Assembly (NCBI GenBank): GCA_046597055.1
Contig: JBKJLC010000128.1
Span: 1-27,249 of the forward strand
Direction of reading: 5' to 3'
From: Kofleriaceae bacterium
GTDB taxonomy: Bacteria > Myxococcota_A > Polyangia > Haliangiales > Haliangiaceae
DNA: 27,249 nucleotides
The position numbers were made by a program, and so were the translations under genes. Every line of letters begins with the position of its first letter. The stretch's first letter is position 1. The notes beneath the pieces were generated by a model. The model saw only the letters and a list, made by a program, of their open reading frames with translations, was not told the origin of the DNA and did no database searches. Below, piece after piece: positions 7,883-17,034 of this stretch.

Positions 7883-8920
7883 CTACGAGGCGGGCGACGG
7901 CGCGGTCGGCGACGGTGACGACGGTGCGGGCGCGGGCGCGGGCCCGGCGGCGGTCGCGAGCTCGACGACCTCGGGGGGCGCGGCGGGCTCGCCGTAGAAC
8001 TGCTTGGACCAGCGCCGGAACAGGCCGATCGGTCCGTCGCCATCGACCAGGACCGGCGGGTTCACGTAGATCTTGTTCTCCCAGATCGGGATGTCCTGCT
8101 CGAGCTGGCGGCCGATCTCGCGCTGGAAGGCGGCGCCGACCGTGCTGGTCACGCCCTCGTTCACCATCTTGCGGACGCTGAAGGCGAACCGCAGCTCGAC
8201 GTAGTCCTCGTCGATGGTGGTGGCCGAGCTCACCAGCAGGGTCTCGACCAGGCCCCGGAACCGGCTGGTGGTGAAGCCGAAGCCGTGGGCGTACACCTCG
8301 ACCTCGCCCTTGACCTTGCCCTGCGGCGTCTTCATCGCCGTGGTCGAGGTCGCGTGGAGGATGTGGCCCAGCGTCTCGGCCCTGGTCGCCGGCATCTCCT
8401 GGGTACCGTGCAGGTACAGGAAGTGGGCCGAGTCCACCGAGTTCTCCGCCATCTCCTGGTTGTGCGTGCGGATTTTCCAGCTGCGCTTCTCGTACGTCGT
8501 CCAGTCGGCGTGGCCGAACTCGGGGAGCACCGGGACCTCCCAGCTCGGCGCGGCGCCGTCGGGGTGGAACCAGGTCATCAGCAGGCCGTTGACCTCGCGC
8601 AGCGGCCAGGTGCCGAGCTGCGCGCGCGGCGGGATCTTCTTGCCGTACGGGATCTCGCGGCACGCGCCGGTGCCGTCGAACTTCCAGGCGTGGAACGGGC
8701 ACTCGATGCAGTCGCCCTTGACCTTGCCGCCGTGCCCGAGGTGGGCGCCGAGGTGAGGACAGTGGGCGTCGAGGAGACGGGCCTCACCGCCCTCGGTGCG
8801 GAACAGGACCAGGTCTCGTCCGAAGTAGCGCAGCGGGCGCACGGCGCCGGGCTGGAGCTCGTCGGCGTAAGCAACCTGGAACCAACCGGTCGGGTAGCGC
8901 GGCATCGGGAAGCGGCTCAT
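7883..8920 (-). CDS. Rieske [2Fe-2S] non-heme iron oxygenase, KshA / Neverland (cholesterol 7-desaturase) family
   Basis: RBS AGGAG before ATG 8920. Rieske ligands CPH...CPFH, mononuclear Fe motif ENSVDSAHFLYLH, C-terminal QDIPIWENK...DGPIGLFRRWSKQFY. Confidence 0.88.
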   Translation of the reverse strand: MSRFPMPRYPTGWFQVAYADELQPGAVRPLRYFGRDLVLFRTEGGEARLLDAHCPHLGAHLGHGGKVKGDCIECPFHAWKFDGTGACREIPYGKKIPPRAQLGTWPLREVNGLLMTWFHPDGAAPSWEVPVLPEFGHADWTTYEKRSWKIRTHNQEMAENSVDSAHFLYLHGTQEMPATRAETLGHILHATSTTAMKTPQGKVKGEVEVYAHGFGFTTSRFRGLVETLLVSSATTIDEDYVELRFAFSVRKMVNEGVTSTVGAAFQREIGRQLEQDIPIWENKIYVNPPVLVDGDGPIGLFRRWSKQFYGEPAAPPEVVELATAAGPAPAPAPSSPSPTAPSPAS

Positions 8921-8943
8921 CGCGACTCCTTTTCGTTGCTGAC

Positions 8944-8957
8944 TGAAACATGTTTCA
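8944..8957. promoter_or_regulatory. KstR-like operator, site 2 (TGAAACATGTTTCA)
   Basis: Perfect 14-bp palindrome fitting TnnAACnnGTTnnA in the 70-bp divergent gap between the Rieske gene and the acyltransferase operon. Confidence 0.85.
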
Positions 8958-8990
8958 CTCGCACAGGCAAGCAGGTAGGCTCCGAAGGCC

Positions 8991-9884
8991 ATGTCGACCT
9001 CGACCAAGGAAGCCGGCCGCCTGCTGCAGTGGCTGCACCGGAGAGCGGGCGCGCCCGTCGCTGCCAGCGACCCGGGCGAGCACGATCCGATCGCGGTCGC
9101 GCAGGTCCTGCGCTTCGCCAGCAAGTTCTTCGGCCCGCGCCGCTACTTCGATCTCGACGCGCAGGGAATGGAACATGTTCCACCTACGCCCACGATGATC
9201 GTCTCGAACCACTCGGGCGGCACCAGCATCCCCGACGTGTGGGGCTTCGGCTACACCTGGTACACCCACTTCGGGCTCGAGCGCGTCATCCACCCGATGG
9301 CCCACGAGATCATCCTGTCGACCCGGATCACCGCGCGCTTCTTCGGCCGCCTGGGCGTGCTGCGCGCCGGGCGCGGCGTCGCCGCCGAGGTGCTGACCCG
9401 CTGGAAGCGCGACCTGCTGGTGATGCCCGGCGGCGATGTCGACACCTGGCGGCCCTACCGGGATCGCTACAAGGTCCAGTTCGGCGGCCGCACCGGCTAC
9501 GCGCGCTCGGCGATCACCGCCGGCGTGCCGATCGTGCCGGTCGCCAACGCGGGCGCCCACGAGACCCTGATGGTGCTCAGCGACGGCCGCGCGCTGGCCC
9601 GCCGGCTCCACCTGCACGAGCTGACCCGCGCCAACGTGTTTCCGATCCACCTGTCGCTGCCGTGGGGCCTGACCATCGGTCCGTGGCCGCACCTGCCGAT
9701 CCCCGGCAGGTTCCGCTACCGGTTCGGCAAGCCGATCGCGCCGCCGCCGCTGGCGCCGGGCGAGCTGCCGTCCGACCAGGCGGTGCGCGATCTCGACGCG
9801 ACCGTGCGGGCCGCGGTCCAGGGCCTGCTCGACGGGCTGCGCCTCGAGTCCGACGACGCGGCCAGCGCGCGGAGGGCGGCGTGA
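8991..9884 (+). CDS. Lysophospholipid acyltransferase family protein (PlsC/DGAT2-like)
   Basis: VSNHSGGTSIPD (catalytic H...D), LLVMPGGDVD, GYARSAITAGVPIVPV, RYRFGKPI. Confidence 0.85.
   Translation: MSTSTKEAGRLLQWLHRRAGAPVAASDPGEHDPIAVAQVLRFASKFFGPRRYFDLDAQGMEHVPPTPTMIVSNHSGGTSIPDVWGFGYTWYTHFGLERVIHPMAHEIILSTRITARFFGRLGVLRAGRGVAAEVLTRWKRDLLVMPGGDVDTWRPYRDRYKVQFGGRTGYARSAITAGVPIVPVANAGAHETLMVLSDGRALARRLHLHELTRANVFPIHLSLPWGLTIGPWPHLPIPGRFRYRFGKPIAPPPLAPGELPSDQAVRDLDATVRAAVQGLLDGLRLESDDAASARRAA
9169..9182. promoter_or_regulatory. KstR-like operator, site 3 (TGGAACATGTTCCA), intragenic
   Basis: Perfect 14-bp palindrome encoded as ATG GAA CAT GTT CCA, four consecutive A/T-ending codons in a GC3-rich gene. 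Confidence 0.7.
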
Positions 9885-10639
9885 CCGCGCCCGCGTATCC
9901 GCCTGGCCGGCAGCTGCTGGCCGGCAAGACCGTGCTCATCACGGCCGCGGCCGGCACCGGCATCGGCTTCGCGGTGGCCAAGCGCGCGGTCGAGGAGGGC
10001 GCGCGCGTGATGATCAGCGACGTCCACGAGCGCCGGCTCGGCGAGGCGGCCAAGGAGCTGGGCGTGCCGTTCGCGCGCTGTAACGTCGGGGTCGAGGCCG
10101 ACGTCCAGGCGCTGTGGGAAGCCGCCGGCCGCGAGCTGGGTGGGGTCGACGTGCTGGTCAACAACGCCGGCCTCGGCGCCACCGCGCCGCTGGTGGAGAT
10201 GACCGACGAGCAATGGAGCGCGGTCCTCGACGTCAGCCTCACCGGCACGTTCCGCATGATGCGGGCCGGGCTGCGCCACATGATGCCGCGCAAGACCGGC
10301 GTGATCGTCAACAACGCCTCGGTGCTGGCGTGGCGGGCCCAGGCCGGCCAGTCGGCCTACGCGGCGGCCAAGGCCGGCGTCATGGCGCTCACCCGCTGTG
10401 CCGCAGTCGAGGCGGCCCCGGCCGGCGTGCGCGTCAACGCAGTGGCGCCCAGCCTCGCGATGCACAAGCACCTGGTGAAGGTGACCAGCCAGGAGCTGCT
10501 CGACGAGCTGACCTCGCGCGAGCTGTTCGGCCGCGGCGCCGAGCCGTGGGAGGTCGCCAACGTGATCGTGTTCCTGGCCAGCGACTACGCGTCGTACATG
10601 ACCGGCGAGGTCGTGTCAGTGTCGAGCCAGCACCCGTAG
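9881..10639 (+). CDS. ipdF: Short-chain dehydrogenase, IpdF (Rv3559c)-like HIP-CoA pathway reductase
   Basis: Diagnostic TAAAGTGIG N-terminus, ISDVHERRL, NNASVLAWRAQAGQSAYAAAK (YxxxK), C-terminal GEVVSVSSQHP. GTGA overlap. Confidence 0.88.
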   Translation: MTAPAYPPGRQLLAGKTVLITAAAGTGIGFAVAKRAVEEGARVMISDVHERRLGEAAKELGVPFARCNVGVEADVQALWEAAGRELGGVDVLVNNAGLGATAPLVEMTDEQWSAVLDVSLTGTFRMMRAGLRHMMPRKTGVIVNNASVLAWRAQAGQSAYAAAKAGVMALTRCAAVEAAPAGVRVNAVAPSLAMHKHLVKVTSQELLDELTSRELFGRGAEPWEVANVIVFLASDYASYMTGEVVSVSSQHP

Positions 10640-10673
10640 CGCATCCCTCACGCATCCACGCAGGAGTCGTTCC

Positions 10674-11138
10674 ATGATCGACAAGACCGCGGTCGGCGCC
10701 GTCGGTGAGCCGTTCGAGCTCATCGTCGAGCGCGGCAAGATCGGCGAGCTGGCCCGCGCGATCGGCGCGGTGCACGCCGACCACCTGGCGACACCGGCGA
10801 TCCCGCCGCCGACCTTCTTCACCACGATGTTCCACTGGGAGCACCACCGCGCCGGCGCCAACCCGTGGCACCGGGTCGGCATGAGCGAGGAGCGCGGCAT
10901 GCACGCCGAGCAGGAGTACGTGTTTCACGGTCCGCCGCCGGCGGCCGGCACCCGGCTGACCGCGACCTCGCGCATCGCCGAGATCACCGAGAAGCAGGGC
11001 CAGCGTGGCGGCGTGCTGACCTTCGCCGTGATGGTGACCGAGCTGCGCGACGAGACCGGCCGGCTGGTCGCCGAGGCCCGGATGACCGGGGTCGAGACCG
11101 AGCGGGCGCCCGACGCCGCGCCCGAGGCGACTCGATGA
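10674..11138 (+). CDS. MaoC-like dehydratase N-terminal-type (HadA-like) hotdog protein
   Basis: VERGKIGELARAIG, PPTF, MHAEQEYVFHGPPPAAGTRL. RBS AGGAG. Confidence 0.8.
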   Translation: MIDKTAVGAVGEPFELIVERGKIGELARAIGAVHADHLATPAIPPPTFFTTMFHWEHHRAGANPWHRVGMSEERGMHAEQEYVFHGPPPAAGTRLTATSRIAEITEKQGQRGGVLTFAVMVTELRDETGRLVAEARMTGVETERAPDAAPEATR

Positions 11139-11551
11139 CGCTGGCCCCCCCGCCGCCGCGGGTGTTCGGGCCGATCACGCGCACCGACGTCGTGCGCTAC
11201 CAGGGCGCGTCGGGCGATCTCAACCCGGTCCACCACGACGAGCCGTTCGCGCGCGGCGCCGGCTATCCGGCCCCGCTGGTGGTCGGCATGTTGCCGGCCG
11301 GCGCGATGTTCGCGTGGGCCAGCGACTGGCTGGGGCCGGCCAACGTGCGGCACGTCCGGTGCCGGTGGCAGGCGCCGGTGTTCCCCGGCGACGTCCTGAC
11401 CACGACCGGCAGGGTCGCCCGCGACTACCTCGAAGCCGGCGAGCGCCGGATCGATCTCGAGCTGGCGTGCACGAAGCAGGACGGCGCGATCGCGGTACGA
11501 GGCTGGGCGACCTTCGTCGCCCCGGGTGTTCCAGATCAGGAGATGCGATGA
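11135..11551 (+). CDS. MaoC-family (R)-enoyl-CoA hydratase/dehydratase, catalytic (HadB-like) subunit
   Basis: Hydratase motif [18 protein letters not shown] (D-x4-H) and PVFPGD. ATGA overlap with the preceding hotdog gene. Confidence 0.85.
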   Translation: MTLAPPPPRVFGPITRTDVVRYQGASGDLNPVHHDEPFARGAGYPAPLVVGMLPAGAMFAWASDWLGPANVRHVRCRWQAPVFPGDVLTTTGRVARDYLEAGERRIDLELACTKQDGAIAVRGWATFVAPGVPDQEMR

Positions 11552-12570
11552 AGCTCGGCTTGATGGTCGGATATTCGGGCGCCAAGGTCGCCCTCGACAT
11601 GGCGACGATCCTCGAGGCCGAGCGCCTCGGCTACGACTCGGTGTGGACCGCCGAGTCGTGGGGCTCCGATGCGGTCAGCCCGCTGGCGTGGATCGGCGCG
11701 CAGACCACGAAGATCCGGCTCGGCACCGCGATCATGCAGCTGCCGGGGCGGTCGCCGGCCAACGCGGCGATGACCGCGATGACGCTCGACGGGCTCAGCG
11801 GCGAGCGCTTCATCCTCGGCCTCGGCACCAGCGGGCCCCAGGTGGTCGAGGGCTGGCACGGCGTGGCCTGGCACAAGCCGCTGACCTGGCTGCGCGAGTA
11901 CATCACCATCGTGAAGGCGATCCTGGCCCGCGAGGCGCCGCTGGCGTTCCAGGGCGAGCGCTACCGCATCCCGTACGACGGCCCCAACTCGGCCGGCCTC
12001 GGCAAGTCGCTCAAGAGCATGGTCCACGGCCGCCGCGACATCCCGATCTACTCGGGCGCGATGGCGCCGCTCGGCCAGGAGCTGTGCGGCGAGCTGTGCG
12101 ACGGCATCCTGCTCACGTGCATGAACCCGGAGCGGCCCGAGGTGATCCTCGACCGGGTCGCCGCCGGTCGCGCCAAGGTCGGCAAGACCCTCGACGGCTT
12201 CGAGGTCGCGCCGACGGTGGCGGTCGCGGTCGGGCCCGACGTCGAGGCGCTGCGCCGACCGTTCAAGGAGCAGCTCGCCCTGTACATCGGCGGCATGGGC
12301 GCGAAGGAGAAGAACTTCTACCGCGAGTACCTGAGCCGGGTCGGCTACGAGGCCGAGTGCGCGCGCATCCTGGAGCTGTTCATGGCCGGCCAGCGCAAGG
12401 AGGCGGTCGCCGCGGTGAGCGACGCCATGGTCGACACGCTGTACTTGATCGGCCCGCCCGCGCGGATCAAGGAGCGGTTCGCGGCGTGGAAGGACGCGGG
12501 CGTGACCACGATGATCATCGGCAGTCACCAGCCCGAGGCGATCCGGCTGATGGCGGAGCTCGCGCTGTGA
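11548..12570 (+). CDS. LLM-class F420-dependent oxidoreductase, Rv3520c family
   Basis: [59 protein letters not shown]. Confidence 0.88.
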   Translation: MKLGLMVGYSGAKVALDMATILEAERLGYDSVWTAESWGSDAVSPLAWIGAQTTKIRLGTAIMQLPGRSPANAAMTAMTLDGLSGERFILGLGTSGPQVVEGWHGVAWHKPLTWLREYITIVKAILAREAPLAFQGERYRIPYDGPNSAGLGKSLKSMVHGRRDIPIYSGAMAPLGQELCGELCDGILLTCMNPERPEVILDRVAAGRAKVGKTLDGFEVAPTVAVAVGPDVEALRRPFKEQLALYIGGMGAKEKNFYREYLSRVGYEAECARILELFMAGQRKEAVAAVSDAMVDTLYLIGPPARIKERFAAWKDAGVTTMIIGSHQPEAIRLMAELAL

Positions 12571-13166
12571 AGATCGGCCTGGTTGGCGGCACCGGCAAGG
12601 AAGGACGCGGCCTGGCGGCGCGCTGGGCCCGGGCCGGTCACGAGATCGTGATCGGCTCGCGCGACCCGGCGCGCGGCGACAACGCGGCCGCGGCCGACGC
12701 CGAGGTGGTGGTGCTGTGCGTACCCTACCCCGCCCACGCCACGACGGTGCGCGAGCTGGCGCCCCGGCTCGAGGGCAAGATCGTCATCGATCTGGTGGTG
12801 CCGCTGGTCCCGCCGCGCGTGACCAGGGTGGTCATCCCCGAGGGCGGCGCGGCCGCGCTCGAGGCCCAGCGCCTGGCGCCAGGCGCCCGGGTGGTCGGCG
12901 CGCTGCACCACGTCAGCTCGGTCCATCTCGGCGACCTCGAGCACCGCATGACCGGCGACGTCCTGATCTGCGGCGATGACCCGGCCGCCAAGGACACGGT
13001 GATCGCGCTGATCGCCGACCTCGGCATGCGCGGCCTCGACGCCGGGCCGCTCGCCAACGTGGTCGCGCTCGAGGCGATGACGCCGGTGCTGCTGTACCTC
13101 AACCGGCGCTACCAGCGGACCGGGCTCGGGCTGCGCATCGAGGGTCTGCCCGACGAGGCCACATGA
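12567..13166 (+). CDS. npdG: NADPH-dependent F420 reductase (F420H2:NADP+ oxidoreductase)
   Basis: [49 protein letters not shown]...[18 protein letters not shown] overlap. Confidence 0.88.
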   Translation: MKIGLVGGTGKEGRGLAARWARAGHEIVIGSRDPARGDNAAAADAEVVVLCVPYPAHATTVRELAPRLEGKIVIDLVVPLVPPRVTRVVIPEGGAAALEAQRLAPGARVVGALHHVSSVHLGDLEHRMTGDVLICGDDPAAKDTVIALIADLGMRGLDAGPLANVVALEAMTPVLLYLNRRYQRTGLGLRIEGLPDEAT

Positions 13167-13951
13167 TCGCGTGCGCGCCCCGGCTCGAGGCGATCGCCCT
13201 GCCCGGCCTGCCGATCGTCGGGCCCGGCGACGATCTCGCCGCGCTGATCGCGGCCGGCCTGGCGCGCGCCGCGCTCACCCTCGACGACGGCGACGTCCTG
13301 GTGGTGGCGTCGAAGCTGGTGTCGCGCGCCGAGGGTCAGTTCGTCGACCTCGGGACGATCGAGCCCTCGGCGCGTGCCCACGAGCTGGCCGCGCGCACCG
13401 GCCACGATCCGCGTCACGTCGAGCTGGTCCTGCGCGAGTCGGTCGCGCTGTCGCGCACCGGGCCCGGCGTGCTGATCGTCCGGCACCGGCTCGGCTTCGT
13501 GGTCGCCAACGCCGGGATCGACCTGTCGAACGCGGCGCCGCCGCGCGCGCTGGCCGCGGGCCGCCCCGGTCCCTGGGCCCTGACCCTGCCGCGCGCCCCC
13601 GACGCCACCGCGCAGCGGCTGTGGGCGGCGCTCGTCCCCGGGCGGCCGATCGGCATCGTCATCAGCGACTCGTTCGGACGGCCGTTCCGGCTCGGCACCG
13701 TCGGCACCGCGATCGGCGCGGCCGGGGTGCCCGCGCTGTGGGATCAGCGCGGCCGGCGCGACCTGTTCGAGCGGCCGCTCGAGCGCACCGTCACCGCGCT
13801 CGCCGATCAGGTCGCCGCGGTCGCCGACCTGGTGGCCGGTCAGGCCGCCGAGGCGCGCGGCGTGGTGCTCGTGCGCGGCCTGCGCTTCGCGGCGACCGAC
13901 GGCGGCGCCGCGGCGCTGATCCGTCCCGCGACCGAGGACATGTACGCATGA
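13163..13951 (+). CDS. cofE: Coenzyme F420-0:L-glutamate ligase (stand-alone, no nitroreductase domain)
   Basis: [56 protein letters not shown]. Confidence 0.92.
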   Translation: MIACAPRLEAIALPGLPIVGPGDDLAALIAAGLARAALTLDDGDVLVVASKLVSRAEGQFVDLGTIEPSARAHELAARTGHDPRHVELVLRESVALSRTGPGVLIVRHRLGFVVANAGIDLSNAAPPRALAAGRPGPWALTLPRAPDATAQRLWAALVPGRPIGIVISDSFGRPFRLGTVGTAIGAAGVPALWDQRGRRDLFERPLERTVTALADQVAAVADLVAGQAAEARGVVLVRGLRFAATDGGAAALIRPATEDMYA

Positions 13952-14886
13952 CGGCCCCTCGCATCCCGCGGGTGGTCGCGCTGTCGGGCGGGATCGGCGG
14001 CGCCAAGCTCGCCGCCGGGCTGGCCGCGGCCCTGCCCGCCGGCGCGCTCACGGTCATCGTGAACACCGGCGACGACTTCGTGCACTGGGGCCTCCGGATC
14101 AGCCCCGATCTCGACACGGTGATGTACACGCTGGCCGGGCTCGCGCACCGCGAGCAGGGCTGGGGCCTCGCCGGCGAGACCTTCGCCGCGCTCGCGATGG
14201 TCGAGCGCCTCGGCGGCCCGGCCTGGTTCCGGCTCGGCGACCAGGACCTCGCGACGCACCTGATGCGCACGACCCGGCTGGCGGCCGGCGCCAGCTTGAC
14301 CGCGGTCACCGCCGAGCTGTGCGAGAGCCTGGGGGTCACCACCCGCATCCTGCCGATGTGCGACTCGCCGCGGCCGACGCTGCTCGACACCGACGACGGC
14401 ACGCTCGAGTTCCAGGACTGGCTGGTGCGCCGCCGCGGCGCGCCCATGGTGACCCGGGTGTGGTCGGCCGGGCCCGCCACGCCGACGCCGGCGGTACTGG
14501 CCGCGATCGCCGAAGCCGACGTCGTGGTCATCGGGCCGTCCAACCCCTACGTCTCGATCGATCCGATCCTCAATCTCGACGGCATGGGCGCCGCGCTCGC
14601 ACGTCGGCCGGTGGTCGCGGTCAGCCCGATCGTCGCCGGGCGTGCGATCAAGGGGCCGCTCGCCGCGATGATCCCGCGGCTGGCCGGTCGCGCCCCGAGC
14701 GCGGCGGCGATCGCCGATCACTACCGCGGGCTGATCACCGGGCTGGTGCTGGAGCACGGCGACGAGGCCCCCGCCGACCTGCGGGTGCTGACGACCGCGA
14801 CCGTCATGGCCAACGACGACGACCGGATCCGGCTCGCGCGCGAGGTGCTCGGGTTCGCCGGCGTCGCGACCGAGGTTCGGCCGTGA
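13948..14886 (+). CDS. cofD: 2-phospho-L-lactate/phosphoenolpyruvate transferase (CofD/FbiA)
   Basis: [17 protein letters not shown]...[57 protein letters not shown]. Confidence 0.93.
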   Translation: MTAPRIPRVVALSGGIGGAKLAAGLAAALPAGALTVIVNTGDDFVHWGLRISPDLDTVMYTLAGLAHREQGWGLAGETFAALAMVERLGGPAWFRLGDQDLATHLMRTTRLAAGASLTAVTAELCESLGVTTRILPMCDSPRPTLLDTDDGTLEFQDWLVRRRGAPMVTRVWSAGPATPTPAVLAAIAEADVVVIGPSNPYVSIDPILNLDGMGAALARRPVVAVSPIVAGRAIKGPLAAMIPRLAGRAPSAAAIADHYRGLITGLVLEHGDEAPADLRVLTTATVMANDDDRIRLAREVLGFAGVATEVRP

Positions 14887-15575
14887 TCGGCGGCACCTGG
14901 GCGCTGGTCCCGACCCGGTCGTTCCGGACCGGCAAGTCGCGCCTGACCGAACGCCGCCTCGGGCGTGATCGCGCGGCGATCGCCCGCGCGCTGTTCGAGG
15001 GCACCGCGGCCGTGCTGCGCCGACACGGCGGCCTCGCCGGCGTTCTGGTCGCCACCGACGGCGATGACGTCGTCACTGCCGCCCGCGGTCACGGCGCCGA
15101 GATCCTGCGCGACCCGGCCCGGCCCGTGGCAAGCCACACGACCCTGCTGGCGTCGATCATCGACCGCGGGCTGGCCGAGCTGGCCAGACGCGGCGCGGCG
15201 GCGGTGGTGGTGGTGATGGCCGACCTGCCGAGGCTCGCGGGCAGCGACCTCGACGTGCTGCTGAGCGCGCTGGCCGGCGCCGAGCTGGTGCTCGCACCCG
15301 ACCGGGCCGCGCTGGGGACCAACGCGCTCGCGATCCGCTTGCCGACGCCGATCGCGACCGCCTTTGGCAACCGCGACAGCTACCCGCGCCACCTGGCGAC
15401 CGGGCGCCGGGCCGGCGTGCGCACCGCGGTGGTCACCACCCCCGGCCTCGCGTTCGATCTCGACCTGCCCGCGGATCTCGAGGAGCTGATCACGGCGACG
15501 GGCGCGGCGCGAGATCGATCCCGCGGTGCAGCGGTGGATCGCGGTCGGTCATCCCCACCGGGAGCGCGAAGGTGA
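14883..15575 (+). CDS. cofC: 2-phospho-L-lactate/phosphoenolpyruvate guanylyltransferase (CofC/FbiD)
   Basis: LVP...[41 protein letters not shown]. The C-terminal tail overlaps the convergent gene by 86 nt. Confidence 0.88.
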   Translation: MIGGTWALVPTRSFRTGKSRLTERRLGRDRAAIARALFEGTAAVLRRHGGLAGVLVATDGDDVVTAARGHGAEILRDPARPVASHTTLLASIIDRGLAELARRGAAAVVVVMADLPRLAGSDLDVLLSALAGAELVLAPDRAALGTNALAIRLPTPIATAFGNRDSYPRHLATGRRAGVRTAVVTTPGLAFDLDLPADLEELITATGAARDRSRGAAVDRGRSSPPGARR

Positions 15576-16902
15576 TCGCCGCGGTGGGCGCGGTGGTTGT
15601 GTTCCGGAACCAGACCGCGTTCCGGTACTCGGGCACGATCGCCAGGTCGAGCTTACCGTCGCCATCGATGTCGCCGATGTCCATGCCGTTCCCGTTCACC
15701 GCGGCCGACGTCCACACCGGCGTCGGCGCGAAGGTGCCGCCGTCGTTGCGATAGATCTCGTTCGAGGTGCCGAAGTTGCCGCCGACCAGGATATCGAGGT
15801 CGCCGTCGTTGTCGAAGTCGCCACAGTGGGTCTCGGTCCGGTGGTGCTCGGTCTGCGGCGCCGGGTTGACCGCGAGCAACGGCGTCGGCGCGAACCCGCC
15901 GTTGCTGTTGGCGTAGATCCGCAGGAAGTCGTGGCCCGCGGTCACCAGCTCGGGCAGCGGCGAACCGGCGAGCTGGCACAGCCGCAGGCCTTCGGAACCG
16001 ACGAAGGTCGGGGTCGCCAGCGAGGTCGACGTGAAGCCCATGGTGCGATCGTTGCGGTGGACCCGGAGCCGGCGGCTGTTCACGACGTCGCCGGTGATCA
16101 GATCGAGATCGCCATCCCCGTCCAGGTCGCCCCAGTCGGCGGTCATGATGTCGTCCCCGGAGACCAGCGCCGACTGCGCCACGAAGGTGCCGCGATCGTT
16201 GAGGACGATGAAGCCCGCGGTGCCGGCGCCGAGGCGCGCGGCGACGAACACGTCGAGATCGCCGTCGAGATCGTGATCGGCCCACGCCACGTGGGTGCCC
16301 CAGAACTGGTTCACGCCGGTCTGGCTGCCGGCATCGACCAGCCCCTCCGCCGTCCGGTTGAGCACGCCCCAGCCAGAGTCGGTGACATAGGCGAGATCCC
16401 CATCACCGTCGCCGTCGTGATCGGCGACCGCCGCGTAGTTCAGGCCGGTGCGCAGGACCTCGAACACGATGTTGGTGGTGCCGTCGGACGGCACGGCGAG
16501 GAGGCCGACCGACGTCGGGAAGACCGCCATCGCGCTGCAGCCGCGGCTGGGTGTGCACGAGGTCTCGACGGCCTGCACGCAGGCGCGATCCCAGCCGAGC
16601 GCGCAGCACGCCGGGTTGGCGGCGCACACGGTCGCGACGCAGGCATCCGGGTGGGGTCCCATCGCGGGGCCCTCCAGGCACAGGCTGCGGGGGCTCGGCG
16701 GCGGGGCATCGATCTCGAGCACGTCATCGGCGTCGATGTCGCGCGCGTCGGTCTCGCCCGGGTAGCTGCAGGTGGAGTCCGCGCCGCAGACGCCGGCCAC
16801 ACCGCCTCGTTCGCAATCCTCGTCCTGCTCGCAGCGGTACTGCGCGGGACTCGGACAACCCGTGAGTGAGAGAAGCCCCAGGGCGAACCAGATCTTGCGC
16901 AC
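15490..16902 (-). CDS. Cys-rich FG-GAP/VCBS-repeat lipoprotein, copy 1
   Basis: Signal VRKIWFALGLLSLTG-C (lipobox). Two Cys-rich modules separated by an acidic linker. Five DxDxDGxxD repeats plus one degenerate repeat. The start codon (GTG 16902) is uncertain. Confidence 0.85.
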   Translation of the reverse strand: MRKIWFALGLLSLTGCPSPAQYRCEQDEDCERGGVAGVCGADSTCSYPGETDARDIDADDVLEIDAPPPSPRSLCLEGPAMGPHPDACVATVCAANPACCALGWDRACVQAVETSCTPSRGCSAMAVFPTSVGLLAVPSDGTTNIVFEVLRTGLNYAAVADHDGDGDGDLAYVTDSGWGVLNRTAEGLVDAGSQTGVNQFWGTHVAWADHDLDGDLDVFVAARLGAGTAGFIVLNDRGTFVAQSALVSGDDIMTADWGDLDGDGDLDLITGDVVNSRRLRVHRNDRTMGFTSTSLATPTFVGSEGLRLCQLAGSPLPELVTAGHDFLRIYANSNGGFAPTPLLAVNPAPQTEHHRTETHCGDFDNDGDLDILVGGNFGTSNEIYRNDGGTFAPTPVWTSAAVNGNGMDIGDIDGDGKLDLAIVPEYRNAVWFRNTTTAPTAAITFALPVGMTDRDPPLHRGIDLAPRPSP

Positions 16903-17034
16903 GAGACACTTCCACACGGCGGCCGGCCGTGCTGCCAGGGCATTCGCCGGCAACCGCCGGAAACCGGCGCGGTGCGGCCGGGAGTGGCGCCGGCCGCGCG
17001 CCTGGCCGTCGAATTGCTGAGGGCGTTCCGCCGA

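Noticed and set aside
6591..8702. 703-aa ORF as a transposase fusion protein
   Set aside because: Only the last ~248 aa have RAYT motifs. The rest is an off-frame read of the Rieske gene and the hexamer repeat.
8881..8895. ACCAACCGGTCGGGT as a KstR2-type operator
   Set aside because: Does not fit AnCAAGnnCTTGnT, has imperfect symmetry and is explained by the conserved YPTGW codons.
7883..8920. Assigning the symbol kshA
   Set aside because: Family membership is clear, but the motifs differ from canonical KshA and no kshB is present, so the function is left open.
8285..10639. Long N-terminal extensions of ORFs (also those starting at 670, 1434, 3681, 4844, 11526, 13171, 14319, 23110, 24830)
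   Set aside because: Stop-poor alternative frames in high-GC DNA. Homology begins at start codons that overlap the upstream stop or follow an RBS or intergenic gap.
11520..11535. Operator half-sites TGTTCCA/TGTTTCA (also near 10828 and 10921)
   Set aside because: The left AAC arm is missing, so they were not counted as operators.
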